From contig OZ219790.1 of the NCBI GenBank assembly GCA_964291215.2, forward strand, positions 2,368,001 through 2,432,000: a stretch of DNA of 64,000 nt, given 5' to 3'. Position numbers and translations under genes: made by a program. Source of the stretch: Alphaproteobacteria bacterium (GTDB lineage: Bacteria; Pseudomonadota; Alphaproteobacteria; MPNO01; UBA830). The notes beneath the pieces were generated by a model. The model saw only the letters and a list, made by a program, of their open reading frames with translations. It was not told the DNA's origin and made no database searches. Within the stretch, counting starts at the first letter, position 1, and each line of letters starts with the position of its first letter. Below, piece by piece: positions 10,423-21,912 of the stretch.

Positions 10423-10761
10423 TCAGACCGCTGCCGGTTCCCGTCTGTCGGGAAACTCGACATTCCACATCTTCTCCAGGCTGTAGAACGCGCGGACTTC
10501 GGGGCGGAACAGGTGGACGATGACATCGCCCGCATCGAGCAGCACCCAGTCTCCCTGCCCCAGGCCCTCGGGGCGCAACCCCTTGATGCCCAGCGCTCTC
10601 AGGGCCTCAATCAACCTTTCCGCCATCGAGACGACCTGCCGCCGCGAATTGCCGCTCGCGATCACCATGTAGTCGGCGATGTCGGACTTGCCGGAGAGAT
10701 CGATCACTACCAAGTCCCCGGCCTTCTGCGATTCCAGCGAGTCCCTGATCACCCCGATCAT
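10423..10761 (-). CDS. rsfS: Ribosome silencing factor
   Basis: KAGDLVVIDL, IASGNSRRQV, DWVLLDAGDVIVHLF, FYSLEKMW; start may extend to CTG 10803. Confidence 0.93.
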   Translation of the reverse strand: MIGVIRDSLESQKAGDLVVIDLSGKSDIADYMVIASGNSRRQVVSMAERLIEALRALGIKGLRPEGLGQGDWVLLDAGDVIVHLFRPEVRAFYSLEKMWNVEFPDRREPAAV

Positions 10762-10799
10762 GTCCTGCGCCGAACCGCCGTCGCTTGACCGTTCCTGTT

Positions 10800-11468
10800 T
10801 CAGTGGACAGCTTCCTCCAAGTCTGGCCCCGTCCGCGCACCCGCATGCCGGCGGCGCGTCGCGGCCCGGCCCGAGCGGATCTCGGTCGACGATCCCGGAT
10901 GCAGCCTCGTATGGAAGAACATCCAAGCCGGCGTCCTCGACTCGGCAAGGTGACAGGCGTGGACGCGTTGCTTCTTGAAGCGGAAGAACGCCTTCGCCGC
11001 CTTGCCCGCAAGAGCCCCGAAAGAATAGGGTGCCCGGTCGAAAACCGCAATGGGCACGAGATTGAATATCCGCGTCCAGTCCTGCCACTGCGGAATCTGG
11101 GCGAGGTTGTCGGCCCCCATGATCCACACGAACCGGGTCTTCGGAAAACACTGCTTGAGGCGGGCCAATGCCTCGGCCGTGTAGGTGGTGCCGAGTCTTC
11201 GCTCGATGTCCGTCACCCTGATGCTGGGGTGCCGGGCAAGCCGGCTGGCCCCGGCCATCCGTTCCTCGAAGGGCGTCATGCCCGCCGCCCCCTTCAGGGG
11301 ATTCTGAGGAGTGACCATCCACCACACCTCGTCGAGCATCAGAAGCCTGAGCGCAAGCAAGCTGATATGCACGTGGCCATCATGAGCCGGATTGAACGAG
11401 CCGCCCAGAATGCCGATGCGAAGGCCGGTGACCGCATGCCCCCGGCGGATGTCCGCGACGATGGTCAG
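10800..11468 (-). CDS. nadD: Nicotinate-nucleotide adenylyltransferase
   Basis: [33 protein letters not shown]. No ATG/GTG/TTG upstream of the motif, so the probable start is a CTG overlapping the proA stop. Confidence 0.92.
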   Translation of the reverse strand: MTIVADIRRGHAVTGLRIGILGGSFNPAHDGHVHISLLALRLLMLDEVWWMVTPQNPLKGAAGMTPFEERMAGASRLARHPSIRVTDIERRLGTTYTAEALARLKQCFPKTRFVWIMGADNLAQIPQWQDWTRIFNLVPIAVFDRAPYSFGALAGKAAKAFFRFKKQRVHACHLAESRTPAWMFFHTRLHPGSSTEIRSGRAATRRRHAGARTGPDLEEAVH

Positions 11469-12748
11469 GGTCTGATCTGCCCGGCGCCCCGGACAACGTA
11501 TTTGTAGGTGGTGAGTTGCTCGACGCCCACCGGTCCCCGGGCGTGAAGCCGTCCGGTCGAGATGCCGATTTCCGCGCCCATGCCGAACTCGCCACCGTCG
11601 GCAAACTGGGTCGAGGCGTTGTGCAGAACGATCGCCGAATCGACCTTGTCGAGGAATGTCTCGGCGCGGGCCGTATCGGCAGTGACGATGGAATCTGTGT
11701 GCCCGGATCCGTAAGCGCCGATATGCGCTACCGCCCCGTCGAGTCCGTCGACTTGGCGGATCGACAGGATGGCATCGAGATATTCCGTCCGCCAGTCATC
11801 CTCGGTGGCGGGGACGACGCGCTGATCGAGGGCGCGGGTGGCCTCGTCGCCGCGCAGTTCGCAACCGGCACCGCTGAGGCTGTCGATGATCGGCGGGAGC
11901 GCGTGCGCGGCGACTGCCCGATCGACGAGCAGGGTCTCGGTGGCACCGCATATTCCGGTGCGGCGCATCTTGGAGTTGACGGTGATGTCGTGCGCCATCG
12001 CGAGGTCTGCATGTTCATCGATGTAGACATGGCACAGCCCCTCGAGATGGGCGATCACGGGAATGCGGCTCTCGCGCTGTACGCGTTCGATGAGGGATTT
12101 CCCGCCGCGCGGGACGATGATGTCGACATGGTCGGTCATCGTCAGGAGCATGCCGACGGCGGCCCGGTCGGTTGTGGGCACGAGCTGGATGGCATTCTCG
12201 GGCAGGCCGGCGGCGGCGAGGCCCGCATGCAGGCACGCGACGATGGCGCGCGAGGAATGGAAGCTCTCGGAACCGCCACGGAGTATCGCGGCGTTGCCCG
12301 ACTTGAGGCACAGCCCGCCGGCGTCGGCAGTGACGTTGGGCCGCGATTCGTAAATGATGCCAATGACGCCCAGCGGCACACTCACCCGCGAGATGGACAG
12401 CCCGTTCGGACGCGACCACGAGGCCAGGACCTGCCCCACGGGGTCGTCGAGGGCAGCGATTTCCTCAAGTCCGCGGGCCATCGCGTCGATGCGCCCGTCA
12501 TCGAGCCTGAGGCGATCGAGAAGCGACGGCGCTATTTTCCGCTCCGCGGCAGAGGCCATGTCGATATGGTTGGCGGCGAGAAGTTCGTCCCGCTGCGCCC
12601 CGAGTTCGCGGGCGGCCGCGCGGAGCGCCTCGTTCTTCCGGGTGGTCGTCGCGAGGCCCAGCACCTCTACGCCCGCGCACGCGCCACGCCCCAACTGTTT
12701 CATCTCGGCGGCGAGGTCGTCGGACGCGATCTTGGCTGCAACGTTCAT
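11465..12748 (-). CDS. proA: Gamma-glutamyl phosphate reductase
   Basis: [38 protein letters not shown]. Confidence 0.97.
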   Translation of the reverse strand: MNVAAKIASDDLAAEMKQLGRGACAGVEVLGLATTTRKNEALRAAARELGAQRDELLAANHIDMASAAERKIAPSLLDRLRLDDGRIDAMARGLEEIAALDDPVGQVLASWSRPNGLSISRVSVPLGVIGIIYESRPNVTADAGGLCLKSGNAAILRGGSESFHSSRAIVACLHAGLAAAGLPENAIQLVPTTDRAAVGMLLTMTDHVDIIVPRGGKSLIERVQRESRIPVIAHLEGLCHVYIDEHADLAMAHDITVNSKMRRTGICGATETLLVDRAVAAHALPPIIDSLSGAGCELRGDEATRALDQRVVPATEDDWRTEYLDAILSIRQVDGLDGAVAHIGAYGSGHTDSIVTADTARAETFLDKVDSAIVLHNASTQFADGGEFGMGAEIGISTGRLHARGPVGVEQLTTYKYVVRGAGQIRP

Positions 12749-13899
12749 GAGTCCCGGCTCTCCGTCGGCTGCGCATCGAGCACCAGATCGTCACGATGAA
12801 TCAATTCGTCGCGGCCACGGTATCCCAGAATACTCTCGATTTCACGGCTTTTTCTTCCCATGATTCTCCTCGCGTCGGCTGACGAGTACGCCGACAGTCC
12901 ACGGCCGAGAAGCAACCCCCGTGCAGTTCTGACAATCACCGCGTCTCCGCGCTCGAAATCCCCATCGACCCCGGTAATTCCGGCTGGCAGCAGACTCTTG
13001 CCGGCGCCAAGCGCCCGCGCGGCGCCGTCATCGACGGTGAGCGTACCGGCTATCGCGATGGCGGCCGCGATCCACCGCTTGCGGGCGGCGAGCGGCGCCA
13101 TCGCCGGCAGGAACCACGTGCACCGGGCGCCTTCCGACAGTCGGGAGAGCGCATTGGCCGGCTTGCCGTCTCCGATAACCATGGCGCAACCTCCGGAAAT
13201 CGCGATCCTGGCCGCTTCCAGTTTGGTGATCATGCCGCCCGACGAATAGCCAGGCAGCGCGGCGCCCGCCATGTTCTCGATGTCGGCCGTCACCTCGCGG
13301 ACCACGGGCACCAGCGTCGCGTCGGGATCGGTGCGCGGATCAGCCGTATAGAGCCCGTCGACATCCGACAACAGAACCAGGGTATCGGCGCTGACCATCT
13401 GGGCAACCCGCGCGGCAAGACGATCATTGTCGCCATAGCGGATTTCCTCGGTGGCAACGGTGTCGTTCTCGTTGATGACCGGCACCACCCCCAGTCCGAA
13501 CAGGGTCTCCATGGTGGCTCTCGCGTTGAGATGGCGCCGGCGCTCCTCGGTATCGGCCAGCGTCAGGAGGATCTGGGCGATAGCGACGCCGTGCGGTCCA
13601 AGCGCTTCCTGCCACGCATGCGCCAGGCGAATCTGTCCCCGCGCGGCAGCCGCCTGCTTCTGGTCGAGAGCAAGCTCGCAGCCGGAGAGGCCGAGATCGC
13701 GCCTGCCGACGGCGATCGCGCCCGACGAAACGATCGCGACATCGATATCCCGGGATCTCAACCGGGCGATGTCCTCGCCCAGCGACGAGAGCCATTCCTC
13801 CCTGATGCTGCCGGTCCGGTCGTCAGCGACAAGCGTCGACCCGATCTTGAGGACAAGCCTGCGCGCCGAACCGAGTTCGGGAATCGTCCGTTCCGTCAT
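12745..13899 (-). CDS. proB: Glutamate 5-kinase
   Basis: [28 protein letters not shown]-terminal PUA domain. Confidence 0.97.
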   Translation of the reverse strand: MTERTIPELGSARRLVLKIGSTLVADDRTGSIREEWLSSLGEDIARLRSRDIDVAIVSSGAIAVGRRDLGLSGCELALDQKQAAAARGQIRLAHAWQEALGPHGVAIAQILLTLADTEERRRHLNARATMETLFGLGVVPVINENDTVATEEIRYGDNDRLAARVAQMVSADTLVLLSDVDGLYTADPRTDPDATLVPVVREVTADIENMAGAALPGYSSGGMITKLEAARIAISGGCAMVIGDGKPANALSRLSEGARCTWFLPAMAPLAARKRWIAAAIAIAGTLTVDDGAARALGAGKSLLPAGITGVDGDFERGDAVIVRTARGLLLGRGLSAYSSADARRIMGRKSREIESILGYRGRDELIHRDDLVLDAQPTESRDS

Positions 13900-14933
13900 G
13901 GCGTCCACGGCAGCGCTTCGCCGGCGGTTTCGGCATCGCCGGGCCGCGCGGCGGATATCACGCCGACGAGGCGCCGCAGGACCTCGGTCACGCCGGTTCC
14001 GGCCACTGCCGACACCGGGAAAACCTCGCCGTTCGACGCCGTCTCGAGGCTCCGTTGCCTCTCGGCCACCTCCGCGTCCGTCAGAGCGTCCGTCTTGGTG
14101 AGCGCCAGCACTTCGGTCCTGACGACAAGATCGTGATCGTATCGCTCGAGTTCGCGCCGGATCATGCGCCAGTTCGCTGCGACATCGTCCGCGGTGCCGT
14201 CGACGAGATGAAGGAGTACGCTGCACCTCTCGACATGGGCAAGAAACCGGTGTCCGAGCCCGGTGCCCGCATGCGCCCCCTCGATCAGGCCCGGAATGTC
14301 GGTAAGTACAAACTCCGTGTCATCAACATATACCGTACCGAGGGTCGGGATCAGGGTGGTGAACGGATAATCCGCGATCCTAGGCCGGGCGCGGGAGACG
14401 GCAGCGAGGAAGGTCGACTTGCCGGCGTTGGGCAGGCCGAGCAGGCCGGCATCCGCGATCAGCTTGAGTTGCAGCCTGATCCAGCATTCCTCGCCCTTCT
14501 CTCCCGGCTCGGCGCGGCGCGGTGCGCGGTTCGTCGAGGACTTGAAACGGGCATTGCCGCGCCCGCCGCGCCCGCCGCGCAGGAGCACGACCCGGTCGCC
14601 GGGCCGTTCAAGATCGGCGAGCAGCGCTTCGCTCTCGGCGTCCAGGACCTGGGTTCCGGCCGGAACCTCGAGGGTCTCATCCGCGCCGGCGGCACCGGTC
14701 CGATTGCTGCCCACCCCGTGCGATCCGCTTCTCGCCTTGAAATGCTGCCGGTAACGGAAATCGATCATTGTGTTCAGCCCGGCTACGGCCTCGACGATTA
14801 TGTCGCCGCCGCGCCCGCCGTCGCCGCCGTCGGGTCCGCCGAATTCGATGAACTTCTCGCGGCGGAAGCTCGCGCAGCCGGCGCCGCCGTCACCACTGCG
14901 GACATAGACCTTTGCCGAATCGAGAAATCTCAT
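13896..14933 (-). CDS. obgE: GTPase ObgE/CgtA
   Basis: [38 protein letters not shown]. Confidence 0.97.
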   Translation of the reverse strand: MRFLDSAKVYVRSGDGGAGCASFRREKFIEFGGPDGGDGGRGGDIIVEAVAGLNTMIDFRYRQHFKARSGSHGVGSNRTGAAGADETLEVPAGTQVLDAESEALLADLERPGDRVVLLRGGRGGRGNARFKSSTNRAPRRAEPGEKGEECWIRLQLKLIADAGLLGLPNAGKSTFLAAVSRARPRIADYPFTTLIPTLGTVYVDDTEFVLTDIPGLIEGAHAGTGLGHRFLAHVERCSVLLHLVDGTADDVAANWRMIRRELERYDHDLVVRTEVLALTKTDALTDAEVAERQRSLETASNGEVFPVSAVAGTGVTEVLRRLVGVISAARPGDAETAGEALPWTP

Positions 14934-15045
14934 GACCCGCAAGCCTGTCAGTGTCCGGGACCGCAGCGCCCGCCCTGCTCCGGCGGAGCCGTGGGCGGTG
15001 GCCGCGCGAGGCTGCCGGGCGCAAGCGCCTGCCGGCGCCGTCCGA

Positions 15046-15303
15046 TCAGCTGCCTGTGTCCACCGACACGTAGACCCGGCCGCCCGAACGCCGACTGAAT
15101 GCCACCCGGCCTTCGGCCTTGGCGAAGATGGTGTGATCCCTGCCCATCCCGACATGTTCGCCCGGATGCCACTTGGTGCCGCGCTGGCGCACTATGATGT
15201 TACCGGGGATCACGGCCTCGCCGCCGAACTTCTTGATTCCGAGGCGCCTGCCGATGGAATCGCGGCCGTTGCGGGAGCTGCCGCCAGCCTTCTTGTGCGC
15301 CAT
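15046..15303 (-). CDS. rpmA: 50S ribosomal protein L27
   Basis: [16 protein letters not shown]. Confidence 0.98.
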   Translation of the reverse strand: MAHKKAGGSSRNGRDSIGRRLGIKKFGGEAVIPGNIIVRQRGTKWHPGEHVGMGRDHTIFAKAEGRVAFSRRSGGRVYVSVDTGS

Positions 15304-15374
15304 GTTACGGTCTCCTCCGGACTCGCCGTCCGTTTCCGTGGCTGCCGTCGTCTTCTGCGTTCCGGCGCCAGTTC

Positions 15375-15881
15375 CTAGTCTTTGTCGGCCTTGTCGGTCG
15401 AATCTCCGGGTTCGGCCTGATCCTCGGCCGCGGCACCCTCATCGCCGGCGGAAGGTCCGTCATCCGCGGAGTAAGGCGCCTCCGTATCGGCGACCACGGC
15501 TTCGGCAAGTGCGTCCGCGATGCGCTCTTCCTCCTCCGCCGGGTCCGCAGCAGCCGGTTGCTGGCCCTTGCCGAGAATGTCGTCGATCCGAAGCACCGTG
15601 ACAAGTTGCCGGTGTCCGCGCGTGCGCCGGTAGTTCTTGCGGCGCTTCTTCTTGAAGACGACGATCTTGTTGTCCTTCTTCTGCCCGAGCACCGTCGCAT
15701 TGACACGCGCCCCGTCGATCAGGGGCGCGCCCACGGCGAGGCCCTCGCCGACATCGAGCGCGAGCACATTGTCGAGTTCCACGATGTCGCCGGCTTCGGC
15801 GCCATCGAGTTTCTCGACGGTGATGACATCCCCACTGGCGACGCGGTACTGCTTGCCGCCCGTTTTGACCACAGCGTACAT
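15375..15881 (-). CDS. rplU: 50S ribosomal protein L21 with acidic C-terminal extension
   Basis: [29 protein letters not shown]. Confidence 0.97.
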   Translation of the reverse strand: MYAVVKTGGKQYRVASGDVITVEKLDGAEAGDIVELDNVLALDVGEGLAVGAPLIDGARVNATVLGQKKDNKIVVFKKKRRKNYRRTRGHRQLVTVLRIDDILGKGQQPAAADPAEEEERIADALAEAVVADTEAPYSADDGPSAGDEGAAAEDQAEPGDSTDKADKD

Positions 15882-16170
15882 CGTTCCATCTTCCCTTAGC
15901 TTCGGCCCGTCCGGCCATTCCGCGAATTGCCGGCCGCCGCACGACGCTCGCGCACACGATCCGAACAGGTGGCCACGGAGTACAAGATTGCGGAAGGTCG
16001 CGAATATAAACGCGAAAAGGGCGCTGTCAATGGCATGTCCGGAAAAAACGCGGCAAGGCCCCAACCCCTCGCGCACCCTTTCTACATGCCGGAAGCGCGT
16101 CATCGCGCGCCGCTCCGGAAACTACTTTCGGGAAGCTACAACGCATATTCGCTCATCTCCTTGCGCCCAC

Positions 16171-16356
16171 GGTGATCCCATGCTGTTTCGGAGACGCGAA
16201 ATCCGAGTGCGTTGGAGCTCGCGTCATCACAGATCGCCCCTTGATCGCAATTTTTCGCGGCGAGAAGGTCTCATTGAGCCTTGGCGGCACGATTGCAGCG
16301 CGACGCAGACCGAAAAATCTCGCCGGTCGCCGCTGGATTAGCAGCATGGGATCGTC
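16171..16356. mobile_element. MITE-like ~185-bp element, copy 2
   Basis: TIRs GATCCCATGCTG...CAGCATGGGATC; paralog of 5162-5348. Confidence 0.72.
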
Positions 16357-16397
16357 GTGCCTTGCGCCCTACTCAGGGTTCCTGTAAACACCCGCCC

Positions 16398-16487
16398 GGA
16401 GGGTTGCCGGAGCGGTCGAACGGGGCGGTCTCGAAAACCGTTGTGCGCTTACGCGTACCGAGGGTTCGAATCCCTCACCCTCCGCCA
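16398..16487 (+). tRNA. tRNA-Ser (anticodon CGA)
   Basis: GGAGGGT/ACCCTCC acceptor stem, anticodon loop CT-CGA-AA, long variable arm, GGTTCGAATCC, encoded CCA. Confidence 0.96.
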
Positions 16488-16790
16488 CCACGCATTTCCT
16501 GAGTCGTAAAGGCCCGTAATTTGCCTTCCGCTGTCACCATGGGTGCGCGCAGTGAGGAGGCTAGACGCCCGATTGTAAGCTGTCAACACGAAAAAGGGCG
16601 CCGGTTCCCGCCAGCGCCCTCGATCGTGCAGAGAGTTTCGTTTCGGCAGTCCCCAAAAAGGGCAAAACCCAAAGAAACTCGCCAACCATCAAAGATGGTG
16701 AGAATCTAACGGGTGTCCCATGCCCTGTCAACAGGGGTCTGCCGTTAACGAATCTCTCGGCAGAAAATTTTTCGGGTCGGTTCGCCGGCC

Positions 16791-17300
16791 ATGGACACCA
16801 GGCAACGCACCCCTCGCGATCCGTCACAGGATCCGGGCCGCGGCACTGCCGCCGCCCCCATCGCCGGGCTCCCCGACGGGCTCAGCCGGTTCGAGTTCGT
16901 GCGGCTCGCGCGCGAGATCGGCTCGGCCGGCAGCTGGACGCCGGCATTGATCGAACACTTGGACCTGCTGCTGTCCTGGACGCGGGCGCAGGACTGGGAG
17001 CCGGGCGCCAGGCCCGTGGTCTGGCTCTCGGTAAACGCGACGGCGGCGCGACTCGGCGTAGATACATCGACCATCCGGAATCACGAGCGCGCGCTCAAGG
17101 CCCTGGGCGCAATCTCGGTCGCGCCCGCAGGAAACCGCAGGCGCTGCGTGCACCGCCGCGAGGATGGCACGGTTACTTGGGCCTACGGCGTCGAGCTGGC
17201 GCCGCTACTGGCCATCCTGCCACGGCTTGAGCAGGAAGCTGCCGAACAGCGGGAGCGGGTCGCTCTCTTCCAGCAAGCCCGGGCCGAGGCGTCGGGATCC
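16791..17300 (+). pseudogene. RepC-like plasmid replication initiator, N-terminal fragment
   Basis: TRAQDWEPGARPVVWLS..LGV..TIRNHERAL..GNRRR..YGVELAPL resembles repABC RepC N-termini; the C-terminal part is missing. Confidence 0.7.
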
Positions 17301-17997
17301 TTCCGCACACCGTCGGGCAGCGGCAGGCCTTTGTGCACGCACTCAACCACGGCCTCGGAGTGGTGGAATACGAGCCGCGGGGCAAGGCCGCAGCGGAGAT
17401 CCGCGGCCTTTGGGAGGCGCTGGTGCGCCGGGAACGGCCGGAGCTGCGGCTCGTCGGCTGACACGCTGGGCCACCGAATTCCCTGGGAGGGGATCATGAA
17501 GAGAAAGAGTTTTACTGACGCAATGAACATCACGCCCCAGCCTGCCGCTGATGGCGCGATGCCTCCGGCCGACACCTCTCTCGCGCGGCGCGTCATTCCG
17601 ATCGCGCTGGCGGAAATCCACGCATCGGATCGGCGGCGGCCCGTCGACCCGGAACAAGTGCAGGTGATTGCCGAATCGATCGGGGAGATCGGGCTGCAGT
17701 CGCCGATAGCCGTGCGGCTGGATCCCGCTGATACGGCCGGCTACCGCCTCGTGGCCGGCGCACACCGGATTGCGGCCGCGGCGGAGCTCGGCTGGACGAG
17801 GATCGACGGCTTGGTGGTTGACGGCAGCGACGATGAGCTCGCGCTGATGGAGATCGACGAAAACCTCGCGCGGGCCGAACCGACGCCGCTTGACCGGGCG
17901 CTGTTTCTGGCCGAGCGCAAGGCGATCTTCGAGCGAGTGCACCCTCCGCCGAAGCGCGGGCGGCCGGCGGTACAGGCCGGCAATTCCAAAATGAGTG

Positions 17998-18690
17998 GTA
18001 ACTGCTCGCCCCTGCTGATCATTGGCCGCCTTTCCTGACGGCGTTCGCATCCGGGAACTCGCCGCCGATCCAGACCTCGATGCTCTTCCGTTCCGGGAGA
18101 AGCACCGGCTCGACATCCTGCGCATGATCGCCTACCGCGCCGAAACCCGGACGATGGCGGCCGTGGCGAAGGAGCAGGGCAGGAAACCGCGCCCGCGAAA
18201 ACCCCTCCGCACCCTCCTGCAGGCCGACGCCGACATCCTCCCCGAACCTGAACCGGGGATCCTCCGGGTGCGCATCCCCGGATCCGCCTGCAACGCCGCC
18301 ATCGCAGGACTGCTGAAGGAACTCAATGAAACCGGCACCTGCGTTCTCGGAACCGAGCTCCGCATGATCTACGAACTGCCTCCGAAGCCCGCCTGAACGG
18401 CCGCCGGAGGGCCTTGCCTGCCAATTCTCCAGAGGTCAGGATATCTGAAGCTGCACCGCCGGATTCCTCAGCCGGCACGATGGAACCCGCACCGCGGGCT
18501 CGGTACCGCATTGCAGACCCGGCGACACCGGCCGGAAAGCAAGACCGGCCGAAGACCGGAACGGTTCTTGCCCATCGGAACCCGCACCTCCGGTTTCCGG
18601 CAATCAGCGAGGGAAGGGGACGAGAAAAGATGCTTGACCCCGAACGCCGTCAGGAACGGCAATCCATGACCAGCAGGGGCAAGCAGTTAC
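17998..18690. mobile_element. 693-bp non-autonomous element with IS66-type ends carrying a fragment of another transposase
   Basis: TIRs GTAACTGCTCGCCCCTGCTG / CAGCAGGGGCAAGCAGTTAC; 8-bp TSD AATGAGTG at 17990-17997 and 18691-18698. Confidence 0.85.
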
Positions 18691-19053
18691 AATGAGTGCA
18701 AACTTTGCACCGATTTCTTTCGCCGAGGAGGCCCAGCAGCGGACCGGGATGTCCCGTCGCGGCGTGTTCCGCGCCCTGGAAATCGCCTCTGGACTGGATT
18801 CCAGGCTGGCGGAAGCGCTGCAGGGCACCCCGCTGGCTGAGGCGCGAGGGTGATCTTCACCGGCTGTCGCGGCTGGATGTTTGCGAACAGCACCGCGTCT
18901 TGGAGCGAGTTCGCGACGCGGATGCGCCACCCGGGAAGTTCGCGGATGTCGTCGACTCGCCGCTGCCGCGGCCGGCCAGCCCCGGCGCGGCGCGGGACAC
19001 GCTGGTCCGGGCCTGGGACCGCTGCGACGACCGCGACCGACAGTGGTTCCTAG

Positions 19054-20754
19054 ACCGAAGTTCCGGAAAATTCCGGCTGAAATGCACGTCAAGTCATTGA
19101 TACAGCGTGGTTTTTCGGATTTTTCGTGCGTCAGAATGTACCCATGTAATACGTTTTTGGGTGCTTGACATCCATGGATCTTGCGCTTATATGCAGTAGC
19201 CATGTATATCGAATCCGTCCCCAAGCGCTCGTCCCCGCCCGCCATCCTGCTCCGCGAGTCCTAGCGCAAAGCCGGAGCAGTCAAGAAGCGCACCCTCGCC
19301 AACCTTTCCAAGCCCGCTCTCATCGAGGGATTGCGCATTCTGCTCAAGGGAGGAACCGCAGGTCTCGACGACGCCTCGTCCGCTCCCTGCCCCATGTGGC
19401 CGCGGTGCTGGGAACCCTGAAGAAACTGGGCCGGCGGATCGACCCGAAGCCTTCTCCCGAGCGCGATCAGGTTCTCGCCATGATCGTGGCACGCATCCTC
19501 GAGCCCGCCTCGAAGCTGGCCAGGGGGATGGCCACAGCGGTCAGCACTCTGGGCGAGCTCCTCGATGCGGAGATGGACGAGGACGCCCTCTACGGCTCCT
19601 GGAACGTCAGGAGAGGATCCCCTGGCGGCACCTCGAAGAAGGCTGCCTGGTGCTCCTGACTTCCGTGTGGATGGAGGGGTGCCCCTTGGCCAGGCGAGGT
19701 CATTCCCGGGATGGCAAGAAGGGCAAGCTGCAGTCGGCCTTCTGTGCGACCGGGACGGGTGTCGGTGTTCCCCGGCAACACCCGGCGACGCTGTCCTCGC
19801 AGATCACCACGCTGCAGGAGCGGTTCTCCCTGGCGAAGGTGGTGCTGGTGGGGGACCGAGGCGCGCGAGGAGGTGAAGCCTGCGGGCCAGCGCCTTGAGG
19901 GGCATCCGTTCCCTGGTGGAGGCCGGCGATGTCGAGATGTCGCTCTTCGACGAGAGGGACTTGGTGGAGATCACCAGCGATGCGTATCCCGGCGAGCGCC
20001 TCTGCCGCAACCCGCTGCTGGCCGAGGACCGGAAGCGCCAGGAACTGCTCGAGGCCACCGAGGCTCGCACCGATTGCCGCAGCGAGACCAGCGCCGGGCG
20101 CCGGGAAGATCGGGGAGCGGAAGGTCATCGGCAGGATGGCCAAGCATTTCACGTGGTCCATCGACGACGAGGGGGTCTTCACCTATGGGCGCGATGCGGC
20201 TGCCATCGCCGCCGAGGCCCAGCTCGACGGCCTCTACGTGATCCGCCTGCCGCAGAGCGAGCTCGACGGTCCCGGCACGGTGCGGACCTACAAGCGGTTG
20301 AGCTCCGTGGAACGGACCTTCCGCAGCCTCAAGGACCTGAAGGTGCGCCCCGTCTACCACCGCACCCCGAGTCCGCGTCTTCCTGTGCATGCTCGCCTAC
20401 TACATGGCACATGCGACTGAAGCCCATGCTGTTCGACGACGAGGATGCCGAAGGCGGCCGTCCGTCGTGGCGCCGGCAGAAGTCTCGGCGAGCGCCCGGG
20501 CCAAGGCGGCCACAAAAAGGACGCCCGGAGGGGGCACAGCTTCCGCACCCTCATCGGCGATCTTGCGACCCGCAACACCGTGGCGCCCCGCCTTGCGGGC
20601 GCCGAACCCTTCCCGGTCACCACACGGCCCACGCCGCTCCAGAGAAGGGCTTTCAAGCTCCTGGGCGTGAAGCCATAGTGTACCCAGACCGCTGAAATTT
20701 ATTGAATGTGATTTCTATCAGGCACTTACGTCTGATCGGCTCTGGAACTTCAGC
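19054..20754 (+). mobile_element. IS1634-family element, transposase degraded by many small deletions
   Basis: MYIESVP..AILLRES..KKRTLANLS, GHSRDGK, LDGLYVIR, YKRLSSVERTFRSLK; IRs CCGAAGTTCC/GGAACTTCAG flanked by CTAG. Confidence 0.85.
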
Positions 20755-20795
20755 CTAGAGCGGCTGCAGAAGCAAGATCAGCTCGGAGAAGGCCC

Positions 20796-21866
20796 ATGAA
20801 ATATCGCGTGATGCTGGCCGGCGGCAAGGGATTTTGGGTCTTCCTCCACGTCGGGGCGCCGGGCAACGCCCCTTTGACGGCGCTCCTCGACGACTCGCCG
20901 GGGTCCGTCCGGTACGCCGGCCACCTCCTGAGCGACGTAGGGCCCGACCGGGATCCGCGGCGCGCCGCGGAGCTGGCGCGAAACTGGTTCTATCGCGGCG
21001 GGGCGAACGAGCACGAAATTGTCTCCGTCGAGGAGACCCGGATCCGCCCGCGGTCTGGCCAGACCAGGATCATGGTCGAGAATTGGGTCGACTACGACCT
21101 TATTCTGGGGAAACCGTTCGCGAGCGCCGCTCTCGTTCTCGAGTTCCGGGCCGAAGACATCCGGACCGGGCCGATCGTGCTCCGGACGGCCGAGATTGAC
21201 GGGATCCGCGGAGACACGGCGGCCGGCGATGCCTGGAAGGCCGCGACGGTGAGCATCGACGCGCAGCGGCCGGTCGGCGAGGAGTGCATGGCCGGGCGCG
21301 CGGCGGTCGGGGCAATAATCCACGACCTTCGCCCCAGGATCGAAGCCTGGTGGGAGCTGGACCAGGACGATCCGGACTGGACCCGCCGGGCGGACGAGTT
21401 CCGGGCCTGGTTCGCGGGGCGCGACTGGACCGATGGCCGCCGGCGGCGGGAACTGCGCGGCGTTTCCGCGCCTGAGCACTACGCGATCGCGTGCGACGGT
21501 CCTATCGTTATCGGTGACCTGATCCGCTGGGCGGAGAACGTGCTCTCCGAAGAGGAAGGCGCCCGACCGCCCGGCCCGCGGACGGTCGAAGGCGAGGTGC
21601 GCGGACACCGGGTCGCTACGGACGTTGCTGACGACACGCTTCTGATCCGGGTCGACGAGGCGGAGGGGGTCGACCCGCCCTGCCCCGACGACCTGCTGAC
21701 GCGCCGTCATCTGGACCTCCTGGAAATCGGATGCCGGCGCGCCGAGGTGGACGAGGCGGCGCGGGCGGCCCTGGTCACCCACAGCGAGACCGCTCGCGCG
21801 GCGGCCCGTGAGGGCGCTGAAATGGAGTGCGAGAAGCCTGAAAGCGTGGGGGGACATCTTCAATGA
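20796..21866 (+). CDS. Hypothetical protein with an uncharacterised C-terminal domain (C.G..V.GD.I.W)
   Basis: 356-aa ORF coupled to parB; its C-terminus is homologous to the ArdC tail at 32670-32996. Confidence 0.65.
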   Translation: MKYRVMLAGGKGFWVFLHVGAPGNAPLTALLDDSPGSVRYAGHLLSDVGPDRDPRRAAELARNWFYRGGANEHEIVSVEETRIRPRSGQTRIMVENWVDYDLILGKPFASAALVLEFRAEDIRTGPIVLRTAEIDGIRGDTAAGDAWKAATVSIDAQRPVGEECMAGRAAVGAIIHDLRPRIEAWWELDQDDPDWTRRADEFRAWFAGRDWTDGRRRRELRGVSAPEHYAIACDGPIVIGDLIRWAENVLSEEEGARPPGPRTVEGEVRGHRVATDVADDTLLIRVDEAEGVDPPCPDDLLTRRHLDLLEIGCRRAEVDEAARAALVTHSETARAAAREGAEMECEKPESVGGHLQ

Positions 21867-21912
21867 CACCTTTGAAGAAAGGGGCGGCGGGTATAGAACA
21901 GGCGGGCGGCGC

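Larger units (their letters stand above)
17496..20799 (+). pseudogene. ParB/RepB N-terminal-domain protein interrupted by two IS insertions
   Basis: RRRPVD..IAESIGEIGLQSPIAVR..LVAGAHR..EIDENL. The frame resumes after the insertions at 17998-18690 and 19054-20754 (one extra frameshift near 18841) and ends with an ATGA overlap on the next gene. Confidence 0.75.

Noticed and set aside
15375-15570. Acidic C-terminal extension of L21
   Set aside because: Low-complexity tails on L21 are common in Alphaproteobacteria.
16470-16490. attR duplicate of the tRNA-Ser 3' end
   Set aside because: No second copy was found by eye in the window, so the right boundary of the island is undefined.
16791-18038. 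415-aa ORF looking like a novel RepC-ParB fusion
   Set aside because: RepC is truncated, the linker is not protein-like, parB has its own RBS and ATG at 17496, and the ORF ends inside an IS. This is a chance in-frame join.
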